Shown here piece by piece: positions 10,470 to 19,370 of a stretch of 64,000 bases of DNA. Source of the DNA: Planctomycetota bacterium (lineage in GTDB: Bacteria > Planctomycetota > B15-G4 > JADJEK01). Below the pieces are notes generated by a model. That model was not told the DNA's origin. It searched no databases and saw nothing but the letters and a program-made list of their open reading frames with translations. Position 1 is the stretch's first letter; every line of letters begins with the position of its first letter. The position numbers and the translations under genes are program-made. The stretch covers positions 38,741 through 102,740 of the forward strand of contig JBGAIQ010000020.1 in the NCBI GenBank assembly GCA_044225365.1. The letters run 5' to 3'.

Positions 10470-10685
10470 GGACCGCCGGGCTCTGCCCGGCATCTTCTTG
10501 AAGCCGCCAGGCCGGACCGCCGGGCTCTGCCCGGCATCTTCGGACTTCGGGAATGTACCACCCTGGATCGGACAGCACGTCGGGCGCGCCCGGGGAGCTC
10601 CGTTCGGCTCCGCGCGCGGAGGACCGCGCATGCTTCGCGAACGGACTCCCCGATGCGCTTGGACCGCCGGGCTCTGCCCGGCATC
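10470..10685. repeat. Three identical 25-bp hairpin repeats (REP-like)
   Basis: GGACCGCCGGGCTCTGCCCGGCATC at 10470-10494, 10514-10538 and 10661-10685; stem GCCGGGC/GCCCGGC, loop TCT. Confidence 0.85.
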
Positions 10686-10866
10686 CGCTCGGAGTCGCAG
10701 ATGTCCAGAGATCCCTGTCGCGTCGGTGCACGAACGGCCTAAATGACCGTTCACGATTCGGCCCGGCCTCCGACCGTTCGAGCCGCGCATGCATCGTCGG
10801 ACCTCCTCACCGACTCTTCTCGTTGTCCTCGTGAGAGGTGCCGGGCCTGTTGGGTGTTCGTGGGTC

Positions 10867-12528
10867 TCACTTGGTCCGCGGCACTCGGAGCTCGCAGTTC
10901 GCAATTCGCTTCGTCGCATCGACGGTCAGCTCCGTCATCCGCACGGCTTCGCCGCTCGGAAGGATCAGATCGATCTTGTACGCGCCCGGCCGCAGGTTCT
11001 TGAACGTGAAGCACTGCTGCGTGACTCCGCCGACGTCTTCGGTCTCCGTCGTTCGCTCACTGGAGCTTCGGTACATCTCGTGATCGATGCGCACCCGTGC
11101 GGAGTCCCCCAGCGGATTCCCCTTCTCGTCGCGCACGACACCGTGAATGGAGCATCCCGGCTGCAGGACGATCGGAATGGGCGGACTCGGAACCGTGACT
11201 CGCAGATTCGGCTCGTCAAAGGTGCCGTAGTGCGCGAACTCGCTCCGCTTCACCTGGCGAACGTCGATGCCGACCCAATACGTGCCCCGTGAGAGACCCT
11301 TGAACGTGACGGCTCCCGCAGGATCGCTACGGCCGTTCTTCCGCGCCACGATCTGATTGTCGTCGAGTTGGTTGCAGAACACGAAAACTCCCTCGACCGC
11401 TTCGCCCTGAACGTCGACGAAGTCGAATCGCAAGGACTCCGACCCCGCGGCGAGCGGCAGTAAAACGTCGGATTCGCTCCCCGGCGTCACCGTCGCGGCC
11501 GGAATCGCGACCTGCGCGAACGCGCATCCCGAATCGAGCTCGGCGGCGAAAGAGTACTTTCCGCTCGCGAGCACGACCGCGATTCCCGCGTCTGCCTTGA
11601 ATGCGCTGGCATCCGCGTCGACCCAGGACTTGTTCCTGTTCGAATTCGGATCATCGGGAGATCCGCGGATCGTGACGACGAGGCGTCCGCGGATTTCGAG
11701 CTGCGGATCCACATGCAGTCGGACGACGCCTCCTCGCGGGACGACGACGCGCTCGTAGGCGACTCGACCCCGCACGAGTTGGACCTGACCCCGCGATGTC
11801 GTTTCCGAATGCCGTTTGTTTCGGTCCGGATCCGTGCGGACCTCGAATCTGCACCCGCGGGCCTCGAGGTGGTCGAATTCGACATGTCCGAGGTCGTCCG
11901 TGCGCTTCTTCTCCTCCGAGGACATCGTCGCGGTGACCTCGCAATTCGAAATGGGCTGGCCGGCGTCATCGACGACGTCGATCGCGAGCGTCGATGCGCG
12001 CTGCCTCATGAGAAGACGGAGCGAGACCTTCTCCTGGCCCACGATCTCGAAGTCTTCGACACCCTGGCCGAACGTATCGAGCGAAGCGCCGTGGGAATTC
12101 GCGATCGCGGCGAAGAGTCCCTGGGGAAGGGTGAACATCGCGGCGCCGTGCGAATCGCTCTTCTGTTTCAGGAAGCCGTCGGGAAACGAAATCACCGGCT
12201 CGTTCGTGCGCGGGAAGATCTTCACCTCGACGTCTCGCAGCGGGCGCTGGTCCTCGTCGACGACCTCGAAGATCGCATTGACCTGGGCGTCCCCGACCTC
12301 AGTCGTGTCGCGCACGACCTCCGTCTCCGCGACCTGAGGCGGAGGTTCGAGGCGAGTCGACTCCGGCGCCCTCGCCACGCTCTTCGTCGGGCCATCGCCG
12401 ACGGCATGGGCCGCCATGGCGGAATCCGTATCCGAGGATCTCATGGCGAGCAGGATCGCGACGATCCCGACGCAAAGCACGATCCCCCCGACGATGAGCC
12501 CGCTGCGAACCTTCACGGCATCTCCCAA
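10867..12528 (-). CDS. Membrane-anchored protein with carboxypeptidase-regulatory-like (transthyretin-like) beta domains
   Basis: N-terminal hydrophobic anchor; repeated VVDxxGxPV...TDxxGxxxFxxL modules (e.g. GVVRDEKGNPL, FTFKNLRPGAY). Confidence 0.75.
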   Translation of the reverse strand: MGDAVKVRSGLIVGGIVLCVGIVAILLAMRSSDTDSAMAAHAVGDGPTKSVARAPESTRLEPPPQVAETEVVRDTTEVGDAQVNAIFEVVDEDQRPLRDVEVKIFPRTNEPVISFPDGFLKQKSDSHGAAMFTLPQGLFAAIANSHGASLDTFGQGVEDFEIVGQEKVSLRLLMRQRASTLAIDVVDDAGQPISNCEVTATMSSEEKKRTDDLGHVEFDHLEARGCRFEVRTDPDRNKRHSETTSRGQVQLVRGRVAYERVVVPRGGVVRLHVDPQLEIRGRLVVTIRGSPDDPNSNRNKSWVDADASAFKADAGIAVVLASGKYSFAAELDSGCAFAQVAIPAATVTPGSESDVLLPLAAGSESLRFDFVDVQGEAVEGVFVFCNQLDDNQIVARKNGRSDPAGAVTFKGLSRGTYWVGIDVRQVKRSEFAHYGTFDEPNLRVTVPSPPIPIVLQPGCSIHGVVRDEKGNPLGDSARVRIDHEMYRSSSERTTETEDVGGVTQQCFTFKNLRPGAYKIDLILPSGEAVRMTELTVDATKRIANCELRVPRTK

Positions 12529-12669
12529 CGATGACTACGGCGGAATCCTAAACCGAAACATTGTCGGCGTCGCACTTCGTCTCCGCCTCCCGGGAATCCT
12601 GCAACGATTCGAGGTCGCGATCGAGAACCGGGATGTCGTTTCTTCCCGAACCGCATCCTGGAGCCAGCC

Positions 12670-13905
12670 ATGATCCTTCGCACCGACCTCAACGGTTTCG
12701 TTCGTCCCACGTCGATCCGCGGCACCGCGCCGCTGTTCGTTCCTCCCAAGAGCGCTTTCGGTCCCGATGGACCGATCGGGCGCGTTTCTCAGCCGCTGAC
12801 GGGCCCGTTCGAGCCTTCGGAGGACTGGAGCATGGTGCCGCGCCTCGATCAGGGAAGCCAGAATTCGTGCGGCACCACTAGCCTCGCGATGATGCTCACG
12901 TTCCTCACGGGCAAGCCGTTCACGACGGCGGAGATCGACAAGCAGATCCGCCGCCTCAATTCGTTCGGAACCGCGCCCGCCGACTTGAAGCGCTTCGCCG
13001 AGGACCAGGGCATCCCGTGCGCGATGCTGAACAACTCCTCGATCTCCGAGCTGAAGGACCAGATTGCGCAAGGCCGCGGCGTGATGGTGTCGCTCGACGA
13101 CCCGTACAGCAACGGCAGCGACGGAGGATTCAAGGACCACTACGTCTGCGTCACCGGCTTCGAGATGAAGAACGGCAAGGAGTACGTGAAGATCCGCGAC
13201 CCGAACGGCGACGACAATCCGAACGCCACGAAGTTCGGCGGCAACGGCGACTACTCGATGCCGATCGAGGAGTTCGAGAAGAAGTGGGGCAAGACGACCG
13301 ACGGCTACAACAACTTCATGATGGTCTTCGGCCATCCGGGAGAGGATTTGCCTGCCGATCGCCTCGACGGGATGGAGGCCTCGGTCGACATGGCGTCGGC
13401 CTACTGGAATCTCGCGAACAACGTCGACCGGATCTTCTCGCCCGACGATGTCGGATCGTTCGCGCATGGCGTCATCGGCGGTCTCGGCGCGGCCGGCACG
13501 ATCCTTCCGACGGCGATCGGTTGGGGCGTGAACTGGCTCGGGACGCAGGTCCACGACTTCGCGAAGAAGCTGCCATTCCCGCTGAGCGGCGTCGGCATCG
13601 CGCTCGCGACGCCCTTCCAAGCGGTCGGCACCGCGATCGCGGACATCAGTGCCGGTTTCTCGAATGCCGGCGATCGCCTCGGCGGCGCGTTCGAGTCGCT
13701 GTTCCACGGTGACTTCAAGGGCTTCGGCACCGGCCTCTTCAACGCCGGCAAAGAAGTCGTGAAGGGCGTCGTCAACGGTGTGGTCGACGCCGGCAAGGCG
13801 GTCGTCAACGGCGCGAAGGACATCGCGGAGGGCGCAGTGAACGCGGTGAAGGACGTCGGCAGCGCGATCGGCGACGGCGTCAAGAAGATCTTCTCGGGCT
13901 GGTGA
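12670..13905 (+). CDS. C39-like (papain-fold) cysteine peptidase with Gly/Ala-rich amphipathic C-terminal tail
   Basis: Q-x5-C (DQGSQNSCG), HYVCVTG and IRDP catalytic motifs; GGAG RBS; strong coding-like GC3 bias. Confidence 0.85.
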   Translation: MILRTDLNGFVRPTSIRGTAPLFVPPKSAFGPDGPIGRVSQPLTGPFEPSEDWSMVPRLDQGSQNSCGTTSLAMMLTFLTGKPFTTAEIDKQIRRLNSFGTAPADLKRFAEDQGIPCAMLNNSSISELKDQIAQGRGVMVSLDDPYSNGSDGGFKDHYVCVTGFEMKNGKEYVKIRDPNGDDNPNATKFGGNGDYSMPIEEFEKKWGKTTDGYNNFMMVFGHPGEDLPADRLDGMEASVDMASAYWNLANNVDRIFSPDDVGSFAHGVIGGLGAAGTILPTAIGWGVNWLGTQVHDFAKKLPFPLSGVGIALATPFQAVGTAIADISAGFSNAGDRLGGAFESLFHGDFKGFGTGLFNAGKEVVKGVVNGVVDAGKAVVNGAKDIAEGAVNAVKDVGSAIGDGVKKIFSGW

Positions 13906-13947
13906 GCCCGATCAACGAGTCCTCGATCGCGATCATCTTCGTTCGAA

Positions 13948-13980
13948 CGCCGGGCCGGCCCTTCATGGGACGGCCCGGCG
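13948..13980 (+). terminator. GC hairpin after the C39 peptidase gene
   Basis: CGCCGGGCCG...CGGCCCGGCG inverted repeat, no U-tract. Confidence 0.45.
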
Positions 13981-13997
13981 GCGTTAGTGTTGCGGGC

Positions 13998-15218
13998 ATG
14001 AAGCATGTCGTCTTCGTGATCCCGTACCTGTTCGAAACGTCGCTCCGGTTCCTGCGCAGCACGCTGAAGCTGCCCGGAGTCGCGGTCACTGCGATCAGCT
14101 CCGACCCGCTCGAGAAGTTCGATGCGGACGTGCGCGAGGGGCTTGTCGGCTTCTGGAAGGTCCAAGACGCGCTCGATGCGCGGCAACTCGTCGAAGCGAC
14201 GCGCGGACTGTCTCAGAAGTACGGCCCGGCCGATCAACTCATCGGTGTGCTCGAGCAATTGCAGGTGCCGCTCGCGGAGGCGCGTGCGGCGCTGTCGCTT
14301 CCCGGCATCTCGGTCGAAGCAGCGCACAACTTCCGCGACAAGTCGCGGATGAAGGACGTGCTCCGGGCGCACGGATTGCCCTGCGCGCGACACCAGCTCG
14401 CGACGAGCCTCGATGAAGTGCGACGCTTCATGAGCGAAGTCGGGTACCCGGTCGTCATGAAGCCGCAGGCCGGCGCCGGCGCGGTCAACACCTTCCGCAT
14501 CGACAGGGAAGAGCAACTCGCGCAGATCCTCGCGCAGTTCCCACCGAATCCGAGCAAGCCCATGCTGCTCGAGGAGTTCATTCTTGGCGAGGAGCATTCG
14601 TTCGACTCGGTGTTCATCGGCGGGCGACCGGTGTGGCATAGCATCAGCCGCTACTCGCCCGGGCCGCTCACGGTGATGCAGAACGACTGGATCCAGTGGA
14701 CGGTGCTCCTGCCGCGGCGGGTCGACGGTCCGGAGTACGATCCGATCCGCAAGGCGGCGATCCCCGCGCTCCACGCCCTTGGCATGACGACCGGCCTCTC
14801 GCACATGGAGTGGTTCCGGAGGAAGGACGGGACCGTCGCGATCTCCGAGGTCGGGGCGCGACCGCCGGGCGCGCAGTTCGTGTCGCTCATGAGCTGGGCG
14901 CACGACACCGACATGTACAGCGCGTGGGCCCGCCTCATGGTCGAGGGACGCTTCGATCCGCCGGAGCGCAAGTACGCCGCGGGAGCGGCTTATCTGCGCG
15001 GACAAGGCCGCGGCAGTGTGGCCGCGATCCACGGGCTCGACGAAGCGCAGCGCCAGCTCGGCAGCCTCGTCGTCGAAGTGAAGCTGCCGAAGGAAGGGCA
15101 GGCCAAGGCGGCAAGCTATGAGGGCGAGGGCTACGCGATCCTGCGGCACCCCGATACCGAAGTCGTGGCGCAAGGCCTGAAGCGCCTCATCGAGACCGTG
15201 CGCGTGGAGATGCGATGA
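13998..15218 (+). CDS. ATP-grasp domain protein (amino-acid/carboxylate-amine ligase-like)
   Basis: FRDKSRMK, GYPVVMKPQAGAG, EEFILGEEHS, SHMEWF, EVGARPPG. Confidence 0.88.
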   Translation: MKHVVFVIPYLFETSLRFLRSTLKLPGVAVTAISSDPLEKFDADVREGLVGFWKVQDALDARQLVEATRGLSQKYGPADQLIGVLEQLQVPLAEARAALSLPGISVEAAHNFRDKSRMKDVLRAHGLPCARHQLATSLDEVRRFMSEVGYPVVMKPQAGAGAVNTFRIDREEQLAQILAQFPPNPSKPMLLEEFILGEEHSFDSVFIGGRPVWHSISRYSPGPLTVMQNDWIQWTVLLPRRVDGPEYDPIRKAAIPALHALGMTTGLSHMEWFRRKDGTVAISEVGARPPGAQFVSLMSWAHDTDMYSAWARLMVEGRFDPPERKYAAGAAYLRGQGRGSVAAIHGLDEAQRQLGSLVVEVKLPKEGQAKAASYEGEGYAILRHPDTEVVAQGLKRLIETVRVEMR

Positions 15219-16441
15219 GGGTGCTCTTCCTGTCGCCGGGTTTTCCCGACGAGATGACGCTGTTCGCCGAGGGACTCGCGGAGCTCGGAGTGCAGGTGTT
15301 CGGCGTGGGGGAGCAGCCGCTCCATTCGCTGTCGAAGCGTTGTCAGCGCGCGCTCAGTGCCTACTTCCAGGTGCGCTCGATGTTCGACGAGCGCGCCGTC
15401 GTCGAGGAGATCGCGAACGCGTCGAGTCGTCACGGATTGCAATTCGATCGCGTCGAATCGGTTTGGGAACCGCTCGTCGTGCTCGCCGCCAGATTGCGCG
15501 AGGCGTTGAACGTCCCCGGGATGTCGGTCGCCACCGTTTCGGCGTTTCGCGACAAGGAGCTGATGAAGGACAAGCTCGAGCGAGCGGGCATTCGCGTGCC
15601 GAAACATCGCCGCGCGACCTCCGGCCAGGAGATCGAGGAAGCCGCGGAAGCGATCGGTTTCCCGATCATCGTGAAACCGATCGCGGGAGCGGGATCAGCC
15701 GATACGCATCGCGTCAACGACTCGACCGAACTGGCCGTCGCGATCCAACTCACGCAACACGTGCGTGAATTCTCGGTCGAGGAGTTCATCGACGGCGAGG
15801 AATACACCTTCGATACGATTTGCGCGGGCGGCAAGCCGCTGTATTTCAATCACTCGTGGTACCGCCCTCGCCCCCTGATTCAGCGGACCGTGGAGTGGAT
15901 CTCGCCCCAGACCATGGCGCTGCGCGACGTCGATGCGACGCACCTCGTTCGCGGCCGCGAGATGGGTCTCGCCGTGCTGAAGGCCCTGTCGTTCGACTCC
16001 GGCTTCACGCACATGGAATGGTATCTGAAGAGCGATGGCGAGGTCGTTTTCGGCGAGATCGGCGCGCGCGCACCCGGGGCTCGCTCGGTCGACATCATGA
16101 ACTACTCCTGCGACGCGGACTTCTTCCGCGGCTGGGGCGAGGCGGTTTGTTTCGGAACGCTGCGCGAGAAATGGGAGCGCCGCTACAACGCCGCGATCGT
16201 GTTCAAACGCGCTTTCGGCGAGGGCAAGATCCGCAAGATCGAGGGCCTGGAGACCTTCCTCGCTCACTACGGTCAGAACGTCACGACCGTCGATCTGCTC
16301 CCGGTCGGCGCCCACCGCCGCAACTGGAAGCACACCCTGTTGTCGGATGGATACCTGATCGTCCGGCATCCCGACCTCCAGGAGTGCATGGACCTCGCGG
16401 ATCGCGTAGGGACGGACATCCGTATCGAGGCTGCATCGTGA
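15215..16441 (+). CDS. Second ATP-grasp domain protein
   Basis: FRDKELMK, GFPIIVKPIAGAGS, EEFIDGEEY, THMEWY, EIGARAPG; ATGA overlap with the first. Confidence 0.88.
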   Translation: MRVLFLSPGFPDEMTLFAEGLAELGVQVFGVGEQPLHSLSKRCQRALSAYFQVRSMFDERAVVEEIANASSRHGLQFDRVESVWEPLVVLAARLREALNVPGMSVATVSAFRDKELMKDKLERAGIRVPKHRRATSGQEIEEAAEAIGFPIIVKPIAGAGSADTHRVNDSTELAVAIQLTQHVREFSVEEFIDGEEYTFDTICAGGKPLYFNHSWYRPRPLIQRTVEWISPQTMALRDVDATHLVRGREMGLAVLKALSFDSGFTHMEWYLKSDGEVVFGEIGARAPGARSVDIMNYSCDADFFRGWGEAVCFGTLREKWERRYNAAIVFKRAFGEGKIRKIEGLETFLAHYGQNVTTVDLLPVGAHRRNWKHTLLSDGYLIVRHPDLQECMDLADRVGTDIRIEAAS

Positions 16442-16661
16442 TCTTCAATGTTCCCTGATTCCGTCGCGAAAAGGGAACATTCCGAATCGTCGATCCCTCA
16501 AACCTGCGCCGTCACCGTCCGACGCGGTGGCGATCCTACGTAGCGAGCCCTAATACGGGACCGGGATCGTAGGTTCTAACCCAGATCGAGTGCGTGGAAA
16601 GCGTGGATCGCGCAGTGGCGGCGCGTTCTCGCAAGCACAGCTACGTCCACAAGTAGAACAA

Positions 16662-19292
16662 ATGCTCGACCGCATCCCGACCCGCGTCGTTGGAGCCCTG
16701 TTCCTCGTAATCTCTTCCTTCTGTTCAGCGCGCGGGGGCAATCCCGTCAACGAACGCTTGACGTTCACAGGAGCGTCCGTCCCCGGCGCAACCGCAGTCA
16801 CATTCAACAATGGCGTCTACTCGTTCCAGTATTCGGGTGACGAGAATCTGACGTACACGCTCGACCTGAACGATCCGAAGGTGAAGGGCGGACGGCTCTC
16901 CTTCAAGGAACTGACCAGCGATTCGATCCCGCTCGACGGCGCAGGCGTGATCTATCACGATCTCGGCGGGTTGTACTGGTTCCCCAACGACCTGTACTCG
17001 AAGACCTCACTGGTGGGGCATTACTCGCTCGGCACGGCCGTCGTGATCGACTATTCGCTCGTGTTCAACGGCGTCCATCCCTATCGCGTGATCGTCGGAC
17101 TGGTGCAGAAACAGCTCCTCGTTCGGGTGATCGATCCGACCGGGAACCTCTCGAACCTGAACAACTTCTCGGGTTTCTACTTCGGCCAGACATCGAAGGT
17201 CGAGACCCCGCGCGTGATCCACATGCAGGGCGCGGTCGCCGAGCCGATCGTGTTGTTCCGCAACGGCAGCCTGCACTTCTTCACGGCGAACATGCTCGAC
17301 ATGTTCCAGAGCAACGCTTCCGACTATGGCATCGTCGACGCATTCCATCCGGAAGCCGGCGCCGATTGGATCAAGCTCTACTACGACACGATCGCGCAAT
17401 ACAAACCAGGTTCGAACGGCCTGCTCGCCGCGCCGCTCGACGATACGTTCATCGTGATCGTCACCTCGAAGATCAAGGACGCACTGCTCACCTCGACGGC
17501 GCCGCCGAGCCCGTACCACCTCATGCTCTCGACGCGCATGTTCTTCGATGCCCCCGAGAAGGTCTGGAGCTACTACTCCGGAATGTTCGATCTCTACGAA
17601 TCCCTCGGGATGAACAACCTCGCCGGTTACTTCTTCAACTGGTCGGCAGGTGGTATCGATTCACCCGCGGGCACGAACGTGGGACCCGACTGGGCGCCCG
17701 CACTCGATCAGGCCAATTTCCAGGCCATGCTCGCGAAGGGCACATCGAAGGGCGCGCTGCTCGGCGCTTACTCCTCGTTCAATTGTCTCCCGCCGGGCGC
17801 GCCGCCGAGCGTCGCCGATCCCGCGAATCTGGTGAAGGACGCGTTCGGCAATCTGAAGTACTACCAGCAACTCGGATTTCCTCTGTTGTCCGTCGAGGCA
17901 TCTGCAGTGTTCGCGGCCTCGGAGAGTTCGAAGATGCATGCGCTCGGGATGAACGCGGCTTACCTCGACATCCATACCTACGGGACCATCAGCAAGGGGC
18001 CGGACGGCGATCACCTCGATCAGCAGGCCTCGACGCTGTATTCGAAGTCGAATCGCAGGGCATTCGTCGCGCAGAAGAACTGGTTCGAGAGCCTGCGCTC
18101 GACCATGCAGGGTCCGTTGATGGGCGAAGGTTCGATCGCGACGCAGAACACCAACATGGAGTTCCTGTGGCACGGCTACGTCGATAGCGTCCAGCGCGTC
18201 ATCAACACGGGCAGTGGTAAGCAGGCCCTCGACATGGCCACGAACTCGCCCGACACTCCGTCGAACTGGCCGATCATCCCCGAATACGAGTGGCGCGTCG
18301 CGGCGAGTCGCCAGGTGAACCACGGCAACGGCTTCTACGAGCGATTCTTCAACGCCGGAGACGGCTCCACGATCGTCAATTCCTCGAAGCAGATCATCAC
18401 GCCGCTGAGCCAGGAAGCGCGCGATCTCTACAACGCGATGGCGATCGTCTACGGCCACGCGGGCTTCATCGAGACCAATGGCACGCAGACCCCTGGCGCC
18501 GAGGGCTACGTCACGCATGCGGCGGCAGCCGACACGTACTTCATGACGAACGCGCTCCAGGCGTTCTACTTCCTCGTCCCCGTCGCGCAGATCTATTACT
18601 ACTACCAGGGCTCGTTCAAGACGTTCGAGCAGGTCGTCTTCAAGACCGAGAACACCGACGCGTTCCGTCACATCCCGATCCTCGTCGTGTTCAAGAACGG
18701 AATGCACCTCTACGTCAACAGCGGAGGCGGAGCGCTCTCGGTCACGGAGAACAACGTGACCTACTCGCTGCCGGGCAAGACGGGCTGGCTCGCCTACTGT
18801 CCCGGCTTCATTACCGCCTTCTCCGCGATCCCGCCGACCACCGGCGGCAAGCGGATCGACTACTGCAACGCAACCGGCCAATACGAGTACTTCAACGGCC
18901 GCGGTGCGGTGACCGGCTACGGATCGCTGAGCAACCCCAACAAGACGATCCAGTACAAGGTGTTCTCCTCGAACCTGACCGTGACCCAGGACGCCAGCGG
19001 CGACTTGCAGCCCGTCCTCGGAGCTGCACCAACGCTGGTCCAGGTCGATCTGGTCGCGCCCGAGGTGTCCACCAAGGTCGACGGTCGCCTCGGCGTGCTC
19101 GCGATCGGCAGCTACTCGAACAACTCGTTCCGGGACCTGACGACCCTCGTGAAATGGACGTCGTCGAATCCGCTGGTGGCGACCGTGAACTCGTCGGGCG
19201 TCGTGGAGGCGCGCGGGACGGGGATCGTGACGATCGGCGCGACGGCCCCGGGCTCCGTGCTGGTGAATCCGGTCACGATCACGATTCACTGA
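16662..19292 (+). CDS. Secreted protein with putative TIM-barrel glycosidase (GH101/GH129-like) region and C-terminal Ig-like (Big_2) domain
   Basis: Signal-like N-terminus; AYLDIH and LMGEG motifs; C-terminal VKWTSSNPLVATVNSSGVVEARGTG. Confidence 0.6.
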   Translation: MLDRIPTRVVGALFLVISSFCSARGGNPVNERLTFTGASVPGATAVTFNNGVYSFQYSGDENLTYTLDLNDPKVKGGRLSFKELTSDSIPLDGAGVIYHDLGGLYWFPNDLYSKTSLVGHYSLGTAVVIDYSLVFNGVHPYRVIVGLVQKQLLVRVIDPTGNLSNLNNFSGFYFGQTSKVETPRVIHMQGAVAEPIVLFRNGSLHFFTANMLDMFQSNASDYGIVDAFHPEAGADWIKLYYDTIAQYKPGSNGLLAAPLDDTFIVIVTSKIKDALLTSTAPPSPYHLMLSTRMFFDAPEKVWSYYSGMFDLYESLGMNNLAGYFFNWSAGGIDSPAGTNVGPDWAPALDQANFQAMLAKGTSKGALLGAYSSFNCLPPGAPPSVADPANLVKDAFGNLKYYQQLGFPLLSVEASAVFAASESSKMHALGMNAAYLDIHTYGTISKGPDGDHLDQQASTLYSKSNRRAFVAQKNWFESLRSTMQGPLMGEGSIATQNTNMEFLWHGYVDSVQRVINTGSGKQALDMATNSPDTPSNWPIIPEYEWRVAASRQVNHGNGFYERFFNAGDGSTIVNSSKQIITPLSQEARDLYNAMAIVYGHAGFIETNGTQTPGAEGYVTHAAAADTYFMTNALQAFYFLVPVAQIYYYYQGSFKTFEQVVFKTENTDAFRHIPILVVFKNGMHLYVNSGGGALSVTENNVTYSLPGKTGWLAYCPGFITAFSAIPPTTGGKRIDYCNATGQYEYFNGRGAVTGYGSLSNPNKTIQYKVFSSNLTVTQDASGDLQPVLGAAPTLVQVDLVAPEVSTKVDGRLGVLAIGSYSNNSFRDLTTLVKWTSSNPLVATVNSSGVVEARGTGIVTIGATAPGSVLVNPVTITIH

Positions 19293-19324
19293 GCACGATC
19301 TCGATCCATCGAGTAGTTCGACGA

Positions 19325-19360
19325 CGATCGCGGGATCTCGCACGCCGGGCTCCCGCGATC
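19325..19360. terminator. Hairpin between convergent genes (probable bidirectional terminator)
   Basis: GATCGCGGGA...TCCCGCGATC 10-bp inverted repeat. Confidence 0.45.
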
Positions 19361-19370
19361 GCGCGTCGTA

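Noticed and set aside
10470-10685. CRISPR array
   Set aside because: Only three repeats, spacers of 19 and 122 nt, and no cas genes; treated as REP-like.
13906-16661. Short graspetide-type RiPP precursor near the ATP-grasp pair
   Set aside because: No small ORF with a recognisable leader or TxKxPSD-like core, and the ligases do not look like RimK/MvdD types.
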